Notes: generated by a model not told the origin, from the letters alone. 64,000 nucleotides of DNA from Mycobacteriales bacterium (GCA_035695045.1 DASSEX010000017.1:3346-67345); one strand, 5' to 3'; positions 50,318 to 59,442 are shown, numbered from the stretch's first letter. Numbers and translations: made by a program.

Positions 50318-51076
50318 GGGTAAGCGGGCCGTCCGCGGGCGCAGCGCGACGAGGAGAAACAGGACGGCCCAGCCGAGGGCAACCCAGCTCCACACCGGGC
50401 CGAAGCTGCCGAGCCGATGCGGGTAGATCGCCGACTCGACGGCCATCCAGCCGACCGTGACGACCAAGGTGAACGTCGCCAACGGTGTGGCCGGCCAGCA
50501 CCTGGCGATCGCGATCAGCGCCGCGACGAGAGGGACAGCGATACCGAGCGCGGCTTGGATCGGATAGTGATCGAGCTTCACGGTCTGCTCGACGTCATGG
50601 GTCGACCTCGCCATCCGCCAGGCATAAGCAGCCGCAGGAAGAAGCGCCACCGCGACCAGGGCGCCGAGCGGTCGGTCGAGCTGAGGTCGACGAGCGCGGA
50701 GGTCGACGGGGGCGACGGTTCCGAGCGCGGCCGCTGTCATCAACAGACCCGCGCCCGGCAGGAGGTGAACGGCAGACCCGGCAAGCAGCGCACCGCCGAT
50801 GACTGCGAGTCCGACTGCGCCGATCTCCGCAACAAGCACCGGAGACCGCGGTTTGTAGGCGAGACCGGCGGCCGGCACGGCCACGAGAAGCAGGAACAGC
50901 AGTCCCCAGCCGGACTCCATGAGGTAGTGCGCCGCGAAATCCCGACCCTCGACGAAGACGGTCAGGGTGTCCTGCACCCCGAAGAACAGCCACCCCCAGA
51001 ACAGCGCTGCGAGTCCGGCCACGATTCGCGACGCAACCAGCCGCCCCCCGCCCACCGGCGGAAGTTTGACCGCCAC
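50297..51076 (-). CDS. Hypothetical integral membrane protein
   Basis: About 259 aa from GTG 51076 (start uncertain), with about 7 hydrophobic segments. It overlaps the 3' end of the convergent AidB-like gene by 21 nt. No family recognised. Confidence 0.45.
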   Translation of the reverse strand: MAVKLPPVGGGRLVASRIVAGLAALFWGWLFFGVQDTLTVFVEGRDFAAHYLMESGWGLLFLLLVAVPAAGLAYKPRSPVLVAEIGAVGLAVIGGALLAGSAVHLLPGAGLLMTAAALGTVAPVDLRARRPQLDRPLGALVAVALLPAAAYAWRMARSTHDVEQTVKLDHYPIQAALGIAVPLVAALIAIARCWPATPLATFTLVVTVGWMAVESAIYPHRLGSFGPVWSWVALGWAVLFLLVALRPRTARLPSRDLRG

Positions 51077-51123
51077 CGCGCGTTCGGTCAAAGGCGGCGA
51101 GTGAGGGGTTGCGTCGGTGGTGG

Positions 51124-52995
51124 CTACATGTGGGTGAGGACGCTCGACAGGTCGGGCTGCTCGGGGAACTGCATGTCGGTGCCCGGCGCGAGCTCGTAGT
51201 CGTTGATGAAGGCCGGGCAACGGCCGTTCGGCGACTGTGACCAGTACGTCGACTTGTCGCCGGTGAGGATGTCGCCGGCACCCCGCAACAGATCGCACGT
51301 CAGCCGCTCGCCGAAAGTGTGCGAGATGTTGAAGAAGTAGTTGTCGTTGCCGATCGGGTCCGGCCCGACGCTCGACGGATTCGTGTCGGTCGACAGGTTG
51401 CAGGTGCCGGAGAACAACGACGCCTCCGCAGGGCACGGGTAGGCCTCGAGCGGCGCGATGATGTAGCCGAGGAAGTCGCCGGCGGTGCCGATGTTGATCT
51501 CACCCTGGATCTTGCCCGGCGTCACCGCGTTGACCGTCTCGCGGACCGTCTGCACGATCTGTGGGTACATCTCGCCCGGTCCACCGGCGATGAGGATGTT
51601 GCCGATCCGGCCGGCGAACACGGAGGTGCCCAGGAGTGTGCCGGTGTACCAAGGCGCGTTGCCGGCGCGTGCGGCCGGAGCACCGATGACCTGGCCCGCG
51701 TAGACGATGCCCGCGAGCACCGGCGACGTCGTCGGGTCGTTGAGGAAGTAGCTGTTCATCGCAACGACCGGGTCGCCCGTCAGCGGCTGCGCACGGTCGG
51801 CGGCCTCCTTGACCTTGGCCAGGACGCGGGCGGCGTACTCGTCGAGAGCGCAGAGGTTCTGCGAGTCGGCATCGGACGGCACCGAGCTGTCCTTGCAGCC
51901 ACGATCGGTCGGCTGCGTGCGCCCCAGCGTCGCAACCTGGTCCATCGCGAACGCCCCGCCGAAGGTCTTCTCGATCTGCACGTCGAGACGCCCGACGTAG
52001 TCACCGGTGACCTTGCGGTTGTCGCTGCCAAGGACGGTCGGGTGCGCCGAGAAGCTCACGTAGGTGTCGAGGACCGTGCCGGTCGACGGATCCTTCGCCT
52101 GCAGGACGCGGACCTCGTCGTCCATCGTCTGGTTGGCGGGGTCCTCCCTGAACTGGTTGTTGAGCAGCCAGTCCGCGGTCGGCGTGTTCGTGCAACCGGG
52201 GTCGTTGTTGTCGAGGCACTCCTGCGGCGGGTACTGCGCCTCACCGTTGACGCCGCCGTGCACCGCGGCATAGCTCAGGGTGGCGGGCTGCATCGCCTGC
52301 CACGCCTTGACGATGGCCGCGACCGTCTGGTCGTGGACCTCCTTGAGGTACGACGTCGGCACTCCACCCCACACGCCGGCGGTGTCCGGACCGCCGTGGG
52401 AGTGGACCGAGTCGACGACGATCTCGGTCGGCGTCGGCACCGGCGCGCTCACCTGTCCCACCCGCTTGCCAGGCGCGGTCTTGCCGTTGGCGAGGGTCGC
52501 GGGCGCAGTCGCGAGCTCCGCGATCTTCGCCGAGGCGTCCTTGCGGATCTCGTTGATGCCGAACGGGCCCTGCTTGTAGGCGTTGAAGTAGCCCTGCGTC
52601 TCGATCTGACCCATGACGATCGTGTGACCGCCGCCGCTCACCGCGAACGCTCGCACATGCGACCCGTCGCTCTCACAGGTCTTGTCGGGGAACCGCGTCG
52701 GGTCGCAGCCGTAGGACTTGTCGCCCAGAATCCCGGTCGCGTAGCGGTTGCCGAGTGCATCGCTGGCGCCCGGCACGTTCACGACGTTGCCGGGCCGGCC
52801 AGAGCTGAAGCCGTAGCCGCCGAGGAAGAAGTCGTTGTTGGCGAGCATGTCCTGCGTCGGGTTGATCGACTCCACGTCGCCGCCGACGAGGTAGGTCGCC
52901 GGGGTCGCGCTGTCCGCCGTCACGGCGAACGCGGCGGGAAGTGCAGCCGCGGCCGCGACGGCGGCAGCGGAAAGGACGGCGACACGACGGCGCAC
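51124..52995 (-). CDS. Secreted neutral/alkaline-ceramidase-like hydrolase (N-terminal domain only, Cys-rich)
   Basis: Signal peptide MRRRVAVLSAAAVAAAAALPAAFA. LGGYG...HVRAFAV and VDSVHSHGGPD resemble the ceramidase GYG...RAF and THTHSGP motifs. 12 Cys. The assignment is by motif only. Confidence 0.55.
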   Translation of the reverse strand: MRRRVAVLSAAAVAAAAALPAAFAVTADSATPATYLVGGDVESINPTQDMLANNDFFLGGYGFSSGRPGNVVNVPGASDALGNRYATGILGDKSYGCDPTRFPDKTCESDGSHVRAFAVSGGGHTIVMGQIETQGYFNAYKQGPFGINEIRKDASAKIAELATAPATLANGKTAPGKRVGQVSAPVPTPTEIVVDSVHSHGGPDTAGVWGGVPTSYLKEVHDQTVAAIVKAWQAMQPATLSYAAVHGGVNGEAQYPPQECLDNNDPGCTNTPTADWLLNNQFREDPANQTMDDEVRVLQAKDPSTGTVLDTYVSFSAHPTVLGSDNRKVTGDYVGRLDVQIEKTFGGAFAMDQVATLGRTQPTDRGCKDSSVPSDADSQNLCALDEYAARVLAKVKEAADRAQPLTGDPVVAMNSYFLNDPTTSPVLAGIVYAGQVIGAPAARAGNAPWYTGTLLGTSVFAGRIGNILIAGGPGEMYPQIVQTVRETVNAVTPGKIQGEINIGTAGDFLGYIIAPLEAYPCPAEASLFSGTCNLSTDTNPSSVGPDPIGNDNYFFNISHTFGERLTCDLLRGAGDILTGDKSTYWSQSPNGRCPAFINDYELAPGTDMQFPEQPDLSSVLTHM

Positions 52996-53011
52996 GGATG
53001 CTCCCCTGGGT

Positions 53012-53030
53012 AACGGTCACAGTCACCGTT
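53012..53030. promoter_or_regulatory. 19-bp near-perfect palindrome in a divergent promoter region (candidate operator)
   Basis: AACGGTCACAGTCACCGTT has 9 of 9 arm positions pairing except one. It lies 17 nt upstream of the 51124..52995 gene start. A GTCACC/GGTGAC half-site recurs twice more in the 186-bp gap. Confidence 0.3.
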
Positions 53031-53181
53031 CGCCCGCCAGCGGGGTTCTCCTGCTTACCCGGGCGACAGTTCGTGGCCCGTCACCAACCCGCACGCTCCG
53101 TGTTGTTCCGGTGACGGCAGGAGCGCGCCGCGCCACGGCGAACCTCTATCGAGCCCAGCGATGCGTCTCCAGGAGTGCCCG

Positions 53182-56124
53182 ATGAAGCGCGCCCTCGTCC
53201 ACCTTCTCGCCGGCGCGCTCGTCGCGGCCGGCGGCGCCTACGCGATGGCCGCCGACGGGAGCGCTCCCGCCTCCGACTGGACCGGTCTGCGCGCCGGCGT
53301 CGGCGTCGCCGACGCGACCTGGCATGTCGGGGCAGGCGCCGGACAGTACGCCTCCGACAACATCCCGAACGACGCGTCGAACGAGTGGGACCCCAACGTC
53401 CAGCACGTCAAGCAGGCGTCGTCCTACGGCGTCGCCAGCCGGCTCTCCATGCGGGCGATCGTCCTGCAGGACGGCCAGGGCCATGCACCGATCGCGCTGC
53501 TGAAGGTCGACAACTACCTCGCGCAGGACTACCTGACGCGCCGGATCGCCGCGATCCTCGCCGCCGACGGCAGCAAGGTCACCTACAACCACATCCTCAT
53601 GTCGGCGACGCACGACCACAACTCGCCCTACTACTCGACACCGTCGTGGGGCGTCTGGGCGTTCCAGGACGTGATGGACCTGCGCATGTTCGAGTACCAG
53701 GCGCGCGCGGGCGCCGCGGCGATCGAGCAGGCGGAGCGGTCGATGGTCCCGGCCCGCGTCGGCGCGACGACCGTGCAGTACCCGGACTTCCAGGGCAACA
53801 TCGCCGGCCAGGACCTCGACAACCAGGGTGCGCCCGCCGGATACCCGGTCGGCGTCAACGACCACGGCCTCGTCGTCATGCGCTTCGATCAGCGCACCGC
53901 CGACCAGACATGGAAGCCGCTGGCGACGTACGTCAACTACGCCGAGCACGGTGAGTCGCTCAACGGGACCGACCTGATCAGCGAGGACTGGTGGGCGCCG
54001 TTCCAGCGGTACGTCGACCGCGCGACCGGAGTGCCGGTGGTCTTCAGCCAGGGGTCGGTCGGCTCGGCCGAGGGCCCCTACGACCGCTACGGCGACCACA
54101 CACCCACGACGACCGACGGCGGCGACACCGTCTACAAGATCTGGGCGCACGAGAACTTCGCGCAGGCCGAGCGCGGCACGCATCTGCTCGCCGAGAAGGT
54201 CGTCGACGCGTGGAACGCGATCGGCAACGGTGACCCGTCGGTGCAGGTGCCCTACGAGACCAACCCGGTCGTCGACATGCTCACGCACTGGGTCGCGGGT
54301 CCGCTGTCGCACCCCTACCCGTCGGTCGGCAACTGCCGCACCCAGAACAGCGTCGACGGCGACCCGGGTGTGCCCGCCGCCGGGCTGCCCGACTGCCAGC
54401 GCGGCGGCCTCGGCCAGCAGACGAGTCCTCTCTACGAGAACCTCAAGAAGGCTGGCCTGCCCCTGCCTGACAACTACGACGCGACGGCGTTCACCGGCGT
54501 CGAGGAGAACCTGCGGATCAAGCTGCAGGCCGTTCGCATCGGCGACACGCTGCTCGCGTCGTGCTCCTGCGAGGCGCAGAGCGACCTCATCAAGAACCTC
54601 GAGTCGCGCACCGACGCGACGACCGGCAACATCTACGACGGCTTCGACTACGCCAACGCGGCCGACGTTGCCGACGCCTGGCCCGGCCAGGGCGTGCAGC
54701 CGTGCCGCCCGGTCGACGACTCCGACCTGAGCAAGGGCTACGACTGCCCCAACCCGACCGGATCGACGGGCGACTACCCCAACTGGCTGTTCGGCAAGGG
54801 ACGGATCACCGTCAGCCAGGCTGCGTTCGACCACATGGAAGCCGAGATCCACAACGACGCGAACGGCTGGAACGACCCCAGCTACGTCGCGCAGGCCAAC
54901 AGCGAGCCGACGAACCTCGCCGACATCAAGGGCAACTTCACCAAGACCGAGCTCGGCGCCGACCACGACGGCTACGACTACTCATCGCCCGACTGCCAGG
55001 GCTACGCGCTGAGCGTCGGCCTCGGTCACACCGGCGACTACGACGGTTACACCGTCTCCTACCGCGAGTACATGGCTCGCGACGCGTATCGCAAGGCCTT
55101 GACGTCGTACGGCGCCCACACCGCCGACTACATGGTGACGAACCTCGTCGGCATGGCCGCCAACCTCCGCTGCGGAACGCCGCTCATTGCGCAGCCGACC
55201 GATCCGCTGGCCGCCGCCGACGAGCAGCGTCAGGCCGCCGCAGCCGCCGCGCTGGGGCAGCTGTCGTCCTTCTACTACGACACATGGAACGCGCAGATCC
55301 CCGACAACGCCGGCCCGGCCCGCCCGCTGCAGCAGCCGCCCGCGACGGTGCAGCGGTTCGACGCCGTGCAGTTCCGCTGGGTCGGTGGCGACAACTGGAC
55401 CGACAACCCGACCGTGAAGGTGCAGCAGCAGGATGCCAACGGCAACTGGGTCGACTACGCGGACCAGAGCGGCGAGATCCAGGTCGTCCTGGACAACCCC
55501 GCGACGTCGAGCGGGGACTTCGGCCTGAGCGGCCTGGCGGGCGAGCAGCTGAACAACCGGGCCGGCAGGCAGGAGTGGCACTGGCGCGCATCGTTCGAAG
55601 TCTTCGACTCCTACCCGCGAGCCGACGTGCCCGGCGGCCAGGTGCCGAACGGCACCTACCGCTTCGTCGTCGACGGCCACATCCACCAGGCAGGCGCAGC
55701 GACGCCGTACGAGCTGGCGTCTGACCCGTTCACGGTCACGCCCTGGACGGGGATCACTGCCGGCGACCTCAGGCGCGACGACGCAACGCACGTGTCGTTC
55801 GTCATCGCCCCGATCGCCTACCCACGGACGCCGAAGACCACCGACGGCATCGCCTTCTACAAGGACGACCCGGGCTTCCACCTGATCTGCACGACCTGCA
55901 CCTTCCGCCCGTGGGCGACGACGTCCACGCCGGTCAGCGCGATCGTGGAGGTCCACTGCGCCAACGGGAAGACCAAGCAGGTCGCCGCGACATACGACCC
56001 GAGCACGGGGCGTTGGGTCGCCACCGTCGCCTCGGGCGTCGGCGTTACGTGGACGATTCCCGCGGGAGGGATCCGCGACGCCTACGGCGAAACGAACGGA
56101 CAGCCGGTCGGACCGGCCACCTGA
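53182..56124 (+). CDS. Secreted neutral/alkaline-ceramidase-like hydrolase (N- and C-terminal domains, long form)
   Basis: ATG 53182 after AGGAG. Signal peptide MKRALVHLLAGALVAAGGAYAMA. GVASRLSMRAIVL and LMSATHDHNSPYY motifs. C-terminal beta-sandwich-like FRWVGGDNWTDNPTVKVQQQDANGNWVDY. Confidence 0.65.
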   Translation: MKRALVHLLAGALVAAGGAYAMAADGSAPASDWTGLRAGVGVADATWHVGAGAGQYASDNIPNDASNEWDPNVQHVKQASSYGVASRLSMRAIVLQDGQGHAPIALLKVDNYLAQDYLTRRIAAILAADGSKVTYNHILMSATHDHNSPYYSTPSWGVWAFQDVMDLRMFEYQARAGAAAIEQAERSMVPARVGATTVQYPDFQGNIAGQDLDNQGAPAGYPVGVNDHGLVVMRFDQRTADQTWKPLATYVNYAEHGESLNGTDLISEDWWAPFQRYVDRATGVPVVFSQGSVGSAEGPYDRYGDHTPTTTDGGDTVYKIWAHENFAQAERGTHLLAEKVVDAWNAIGNGDPSVQVPYETNPVVDMLTHWVAGPLSHPYPSVGNCRTQNSVDGDPGVPAAGLPDCQRGGLGQQTSPLYENLKKAGLPLPDNYDATAFTGVEENLRIKLQAVRIGDTLLASCSCEAQSDLIKNLESRTDATTGNIYDGFDYANAADVADAWPGQGVQPCRPVDDSDLSKGYDCPNPTGSTGDYPNWLFGKGRITVSQAAFDHMEAEIHNDANGWNDPSYVAQANSEPTNLADIKGNFTKTELGADHDGYDYSSPDCQGYALSVGLGHTGDYDGYTVSYREYMARDAYRKALTSYGAHTADYMVTNLVGMAANLRCGTPLIAQPTDPLAAADEQRQAAAAAALGQLSSFYYDTWNAQIPDNAGPARPLQQPPATVQRFDAVQFRWVGGDNWTDNPTVKVQQQDANGNWVDYADQSGEIQVVLDNPATSSGDFGLSGLAGEQLNNRAGRQEWHWRASFEVFDSYPRADVPGGQVPNGTYRFVVDGHIHQAGAATPYELASDPFTVTPWTGITAGDLRRDDATHVSFVIAPIAYPRTPKTTDGIAFYKDDPGFHLICTTCTFRPWATTSTPVSAIVEVHCANGKTKQVAATYDPSTGRWVATVASGVGVTWTIPAGGIRDAYGETNGQPVGPAT

Positions 56125-56144
56125 CGACGACGCCGGAGGTCGCC

Positions 56145-57938
56145 ATGTCCCGCGCTTCTCTCCCCGTTCGTCGCGGCGTGCTCGCCGCCGCCGGCGGGCT
56201 CCTTCTCGCCTCCGGGCTCGCGTTCGTGCCGGCATCTGCCGGCACCGGGTCGGGCATCGTGGTGCTCCGCGACGTCCGCACCGGCCACGAGGCCAGCCCG
56301 ACCGGCAAGGTCACCTTCCCGATCAACGCCACGCATCCGCAGCCGGACACGCAGATCGAGCCGTCGATCGCGGTCAATCCCGCCAACCCGCTCAACGCCG
56401 TGACGGTGTACCAGGAAGGCCGGGTCGACGCCGGCGGCGATGCAGGCAACGGCTGGGCCACGACCTTCGACGGCGGGAAGACCTGGATCCACGGTTACCT
56501 GCCCGGGCTGACCCGCACGACGGGTGGCACGTTCGATCGGGCGTCCGACGCGGTCGTGACCTTCGGCGCCGACCCGGCGAAGCCCGGCCACTACCTCGTC
56601 TACGCGAACAGTCTCGTCTTCGACGACGGCACCGGACCGACGGGCGACACCAACCAGAGCGGCATGGCGGTCAACGTCAGCAAGGATGACGGCCGCACCT
56701 GGAGCAAGGCAGTGGTCCTCGAGCAGGACGGCCTCGCCGGTCTCAACGACAAGAACTGGCTGGTTGCCGACAACGGCACCGGCGCCGGTCACACCACCGG
56801 CCGCGTCTACGTCGTCTGGGACCGCATCGCGCCGATGATCTACAGCTACTGCGACAGCAGCTGCGACAAGCTCGCCAGCTGGACCAGCTCACCGGCCAAC
56901 AACGGCTCCTTCTACGTCTTCGACCCGATGCCCGGCATCGGCTCGATCCCCCTGGTGCTGCCGGACGGCAGCCTCGGCATCGTCTTCGAGGGCGACTTCG
57001 GCGGTACGCCGTCCATTCCGTCCTCACCGACGGACCAGCCCGAGTTCGCCGTCGCCGGGTCGCAGCTGATGTTCGCGCTCGCGCCGGGCGCAGGCTCGGT
57101 GCCGTGGCCCGCACCGCTGACGTTCACGCAGACCGCCTTCGGCATCGCCGCCAACACCGGCAACCCCGTGGCGGAGCAGCGCGCCGGCACGTTGCCCGCC
57201 GCCGCCATCGACCCGAAGACGGGCCAGATCTATGTCGCGTGGGAGGACGGCCGCTTCCGCAGCGATGGTCTCAACGACATCGTGTTCTCCACGTCGACGA
57301 ACGACGGGGTGACCTGGAGCGCGCCGAAGAAGGTGAACGGCGGCACCGGCAGCGACCACATCGACCATTGGAACGCGATGATCGACGTCGGCAGGGACGG
57401 CGTCGTGCATGTCGGCTACCGGCAGCGCAACGAGAAGCCCGGAACCCCGACCACGAGGTCGGCGCACGGGTTCAGCCCGTACATCTACACCTACTACCAG
57501 CAGTCGTCCGACCACGGCGGCCACTGGACCGCACCGCTGCAGGCCAACAAGGTGACCACCGACGTCGGCTACGCCGCCTTCTCACGAGGCGGCGCCTTCC
57601 TCGGTGACTACAACCAGGTGGCCGCAGCGAGCAACGGGACGACGTACCTCGTCCACAACGAGGCGCTTCCCCGGTTCAAGGGCGAGAAGTGCAACTGCAG
57701 CTTCACCAGTGGCAACGGCCACCAGCACCAGTACACCTACGTCGCGGTGATCGGTAAGCGCCTCACGCGGCCGGGTCACGCCGCCGCGGCGGCCGGCGTC
57801 CCCGGCAACAGCGGCAGCGGCTCGGCGAACGCCGGCTCGCTGGCGGCGACGGGTCTCGGTGCAGCGCTTCCGGCCGCGGGCCTGGTGTTCCTCGTCGCCG
57901 CGTTCGGGCTGCGGCGTCGTACGGCGTCCTTCAGCTGA
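56145..57938 (+). CDS. BNR/Asp-box repeat (sialidase-fold-like) protein with LAxTG sortase sorting signal
   Basis: ATG 56145 after GGAGG. N-terminal RR-containing signal (PVRRGVLAAAGGLLLASGLA). Four Asp-boxes (TFDGGKTW, SKDDGRTW, STNDGVTW, SSDHGGHW). C-terminal LAATG, hydrophobic stretch and RRR tail. Confidence 0.7.
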   Translation: MSRASLPVRRGVLAAAGGLLLASGLAFVPASAGTGSGIVVLRDVRTGHEASPTGKVTFPINATHPQPDTQIEPSIAVNPANPLNAVTVYQEGRVDAGGDAGNGWATTFDGGKTWIHGYLPGLTRTTGGTFDRASDAVVTFGADPAKPGHYLVYANSLVFDDGTGPTGDTNQSGMAVNVSKDDGRTWSKAVVLEQDGLAGLNDKNWLVADNGTGAGHTTGRVYVVWDRIAPMIYSYCDSSCDKLASWTSSPANNGSFYVFDPMPGIGSIPLVLPDGSLGIVFEGDFGGTPSIPSSPTDQPEFAVAGSQLMFALAPGAGSVPWPAPLTFTQTAFGIAANTGNPVAEQRAGTLPAAAIDPKTGQIYVAWEDGRFRSDGLNDIVFSTSTNDGVTWSAPKKVNGGTGSDHIDHWNAMIDVGRDGVVHVGYRQRNEKPGTPTTRSAHGFSPYIYTYYQQSSDHGGHWTAPLQANKVTTDVGYAAFSRGGAFLGDYNQVAAASNGTTYLVHNEALPRFKGEKCNCSFTSGNGHQHQYTYVAVIGKRLTRPGHAAAAAGVPGNSGSGSANAGSLAATGLGAALPAAGLVFLVAAFGLRRRTASFS

Positions 57939-58005
57939 TCTTCGTCGTCACGACCGTGATGACGGCGTGTCGCGCCGCCGGCCGGTCGTAGCGGCGAAGA
58001 TCAGC
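57934..58005. terminator. Long imperfect hairpin spanning both stop codons of convergent genes
   Basis: The 23-nt arms GCTGATCTTCGTCGTCACGACCG (57934-57956) and CGGTCGTAGCGGCGAAGATCAGC (57983-58005) have 3 mismatches. The TGA of the BNR gene lies in the left arm and the stop of the YdeI-like gene lies in the right arm. Confidence 0.5.
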
Positions 58006-58279
58006 GGGCCGCTGCCCGACCGGTTCGCTCGCGGTGCTTGCACCCGGGCCAGCAGCACGGACGGCGCATGCCCTCGGCGAGCTCCTCGGTCGTGCGCCGG
58101 ACACGGCGATCGCGAGTGACCTGTTGCCTGGCGTCCTCGACCCAGCAGATGAACTCGTTGCGGGCGAGGGGCGTGATGTCCTTCCACGCCGCGAGCACTT
58201 TGGCGTCCGCGACCAGCGCCGCACGCAGGTCCGCCGGCAGCTCGTGCACCACGCCGCCCGGCACCGAAACGTCGCCCAT
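58001..58279 (-). CDS. YdeI/OmpD-associated family protein
   Basis: ORF 58001..58363 was trimmed to ATG 58279. ITPLARNEFICWVEDARQQVTRDRRVRR and CCWPGCKHR resemble this family. Confidence 0.6.
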   Translation of the reverse strand: MGDVSVPGGVVHELPADLRAALVADAKVLAAWKDITPLARNEFICWVEDARQQVTRDRRVRRTTEELAEGMRRPCCWPGCKHRERTGRAAAR

Positions 58280-58449
58280 GGCGCGACCGTAGCCTCCATT
58301 GCGCGAAACCGTCGCCCTCGTGCAGCCCGCGGTCAGCGTCACCAACGACGACATCCGCGTCACGACTGCCCGTCAGACGATCGTCATCCCCGTCGCGCTC
58401 TTGACCCCATCGTCATCCCGCTGCCCGGCGGGACACCGCCGCCGCTCCG

Positions 58450-59442
58450 CTAGAGCATCGAACGCATGCTGTGGGCGTTGGCCGCGGCGCGCAGAAGCGG
58501 CAGGCCGAGAAGCTCTTCCGTGGTTCGCAGCAGCGAGTAGTGCGTGTAGTGCGTCGACGACCGCGTCCCCGGCGTCACGCTCGGCGCGATCAGCACGGTG
58601 GCCACGCGGTTGGTCGACCCGTCGAGACCCTCATCCCATGTCACGAACACGGCGGTGTGGCCGGCGGCGTACATGGGACTCGCCACGATCCGGTTGAGCC
58701 ACGTGCCCAGCCACGAGTCCGCGGTCGCGGTCGAGCAGTCGTGCCCGTCGTCGCAGAGGTTCGGCGTGATGAAGGTGAACGGTCGCAGCGTGCGCTGCTG
58801 CAGCATCGTGGCGAAACGACCCGTGGCGCCCCCCATCGGCCGGTCCCAGTTGAGGCACTGGTCGCGGATGCCGGGGAAGTAGACCGCCGGGTTGTGGCGC
58901 GCCGCATAACCGTCGTACGACGCCCGATCGCACGCCGTCTGCATGTTTTCCGCAAACGACCGCCACTGCCGACCCCTGGCGCTCAGCTGCCGGAAGATCG
59001 TCGTCCGCCACTGCGGACAGCTGCTCGGTGAGCAGTCAGTGGTCACGCCGCCGGTCGACCCCGAGACGGCGGCGAGGTAGTTGGGAAGCGACGGATGCGT
59101 GATGGCGTAGTAGTTGGTCGCCACTGCGCAGTGACGGGCGTACCACGCAAGGTGCGGGGCCTGCCCGCTCGGACCGAGCACCTGCGAGTAGGACCGGTTC
59201 TCCATCCAGATCCAGATGACGTGCGTGTTGCCGGCCGCCGACCCACCGCGGCCACAGGGGGCAGAGGTCTGCGTCGCGGAGGTGGCGAGCACGCGCGTCG
59301 TCGGCACGGGCGCGCCAGACGTGGTGGGCGACACGCCGGTGACTGCCGGTTCTGCGCGCGGAGTGCTCGCGCTGCCACAGCCAGTGACGAGCAGCGCGAG
59401 AGCTGCAACCGTTGCGCCGACGACATCTCGCATGCGATCCAC
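58450..59442 (-). CDS. Phosphoesterase-family (PLC/acid phosphatase AcpA-like) lipoprotein
   Basis: Lipobox LLVTGCGS. IWIWMENRSY, HPSLPNYLA, ITPNLCDDGHD and VFVTWDEG resemble the phosphoesterase (PF04185-type) family. The start could be ATG 59433. Confidence 0.65.
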   Translation of the reverse strand: MDRMRDVVGATVAALALLVTGCGSASTPRAEPAVTGVSPTTSGAPVPTTRVLATSATQTSAPCGRGGSAAGNTHVIWIWMENRSYSQVLGPSGQAPHLAWYARHCAVATNYYAITHPSLPNYLAAVSGSTGGVTTDCSPSSCPQWRTTIFRQLSARGRQWRSFAENMQTACDRASYDGYAARHNPAVYFPGIRDQCLNWDRPMGGATGRFATMLQQRTLRPFTFITPNLCDDGHDCSTATADSWLGTWLNRIVASPMYAAGHTAVFVTWDEGLDGSTNRVATVLIAPSVTPGTRSSTHYTHYSLLRTTEELLGLPLLRAAANAHSMRSML

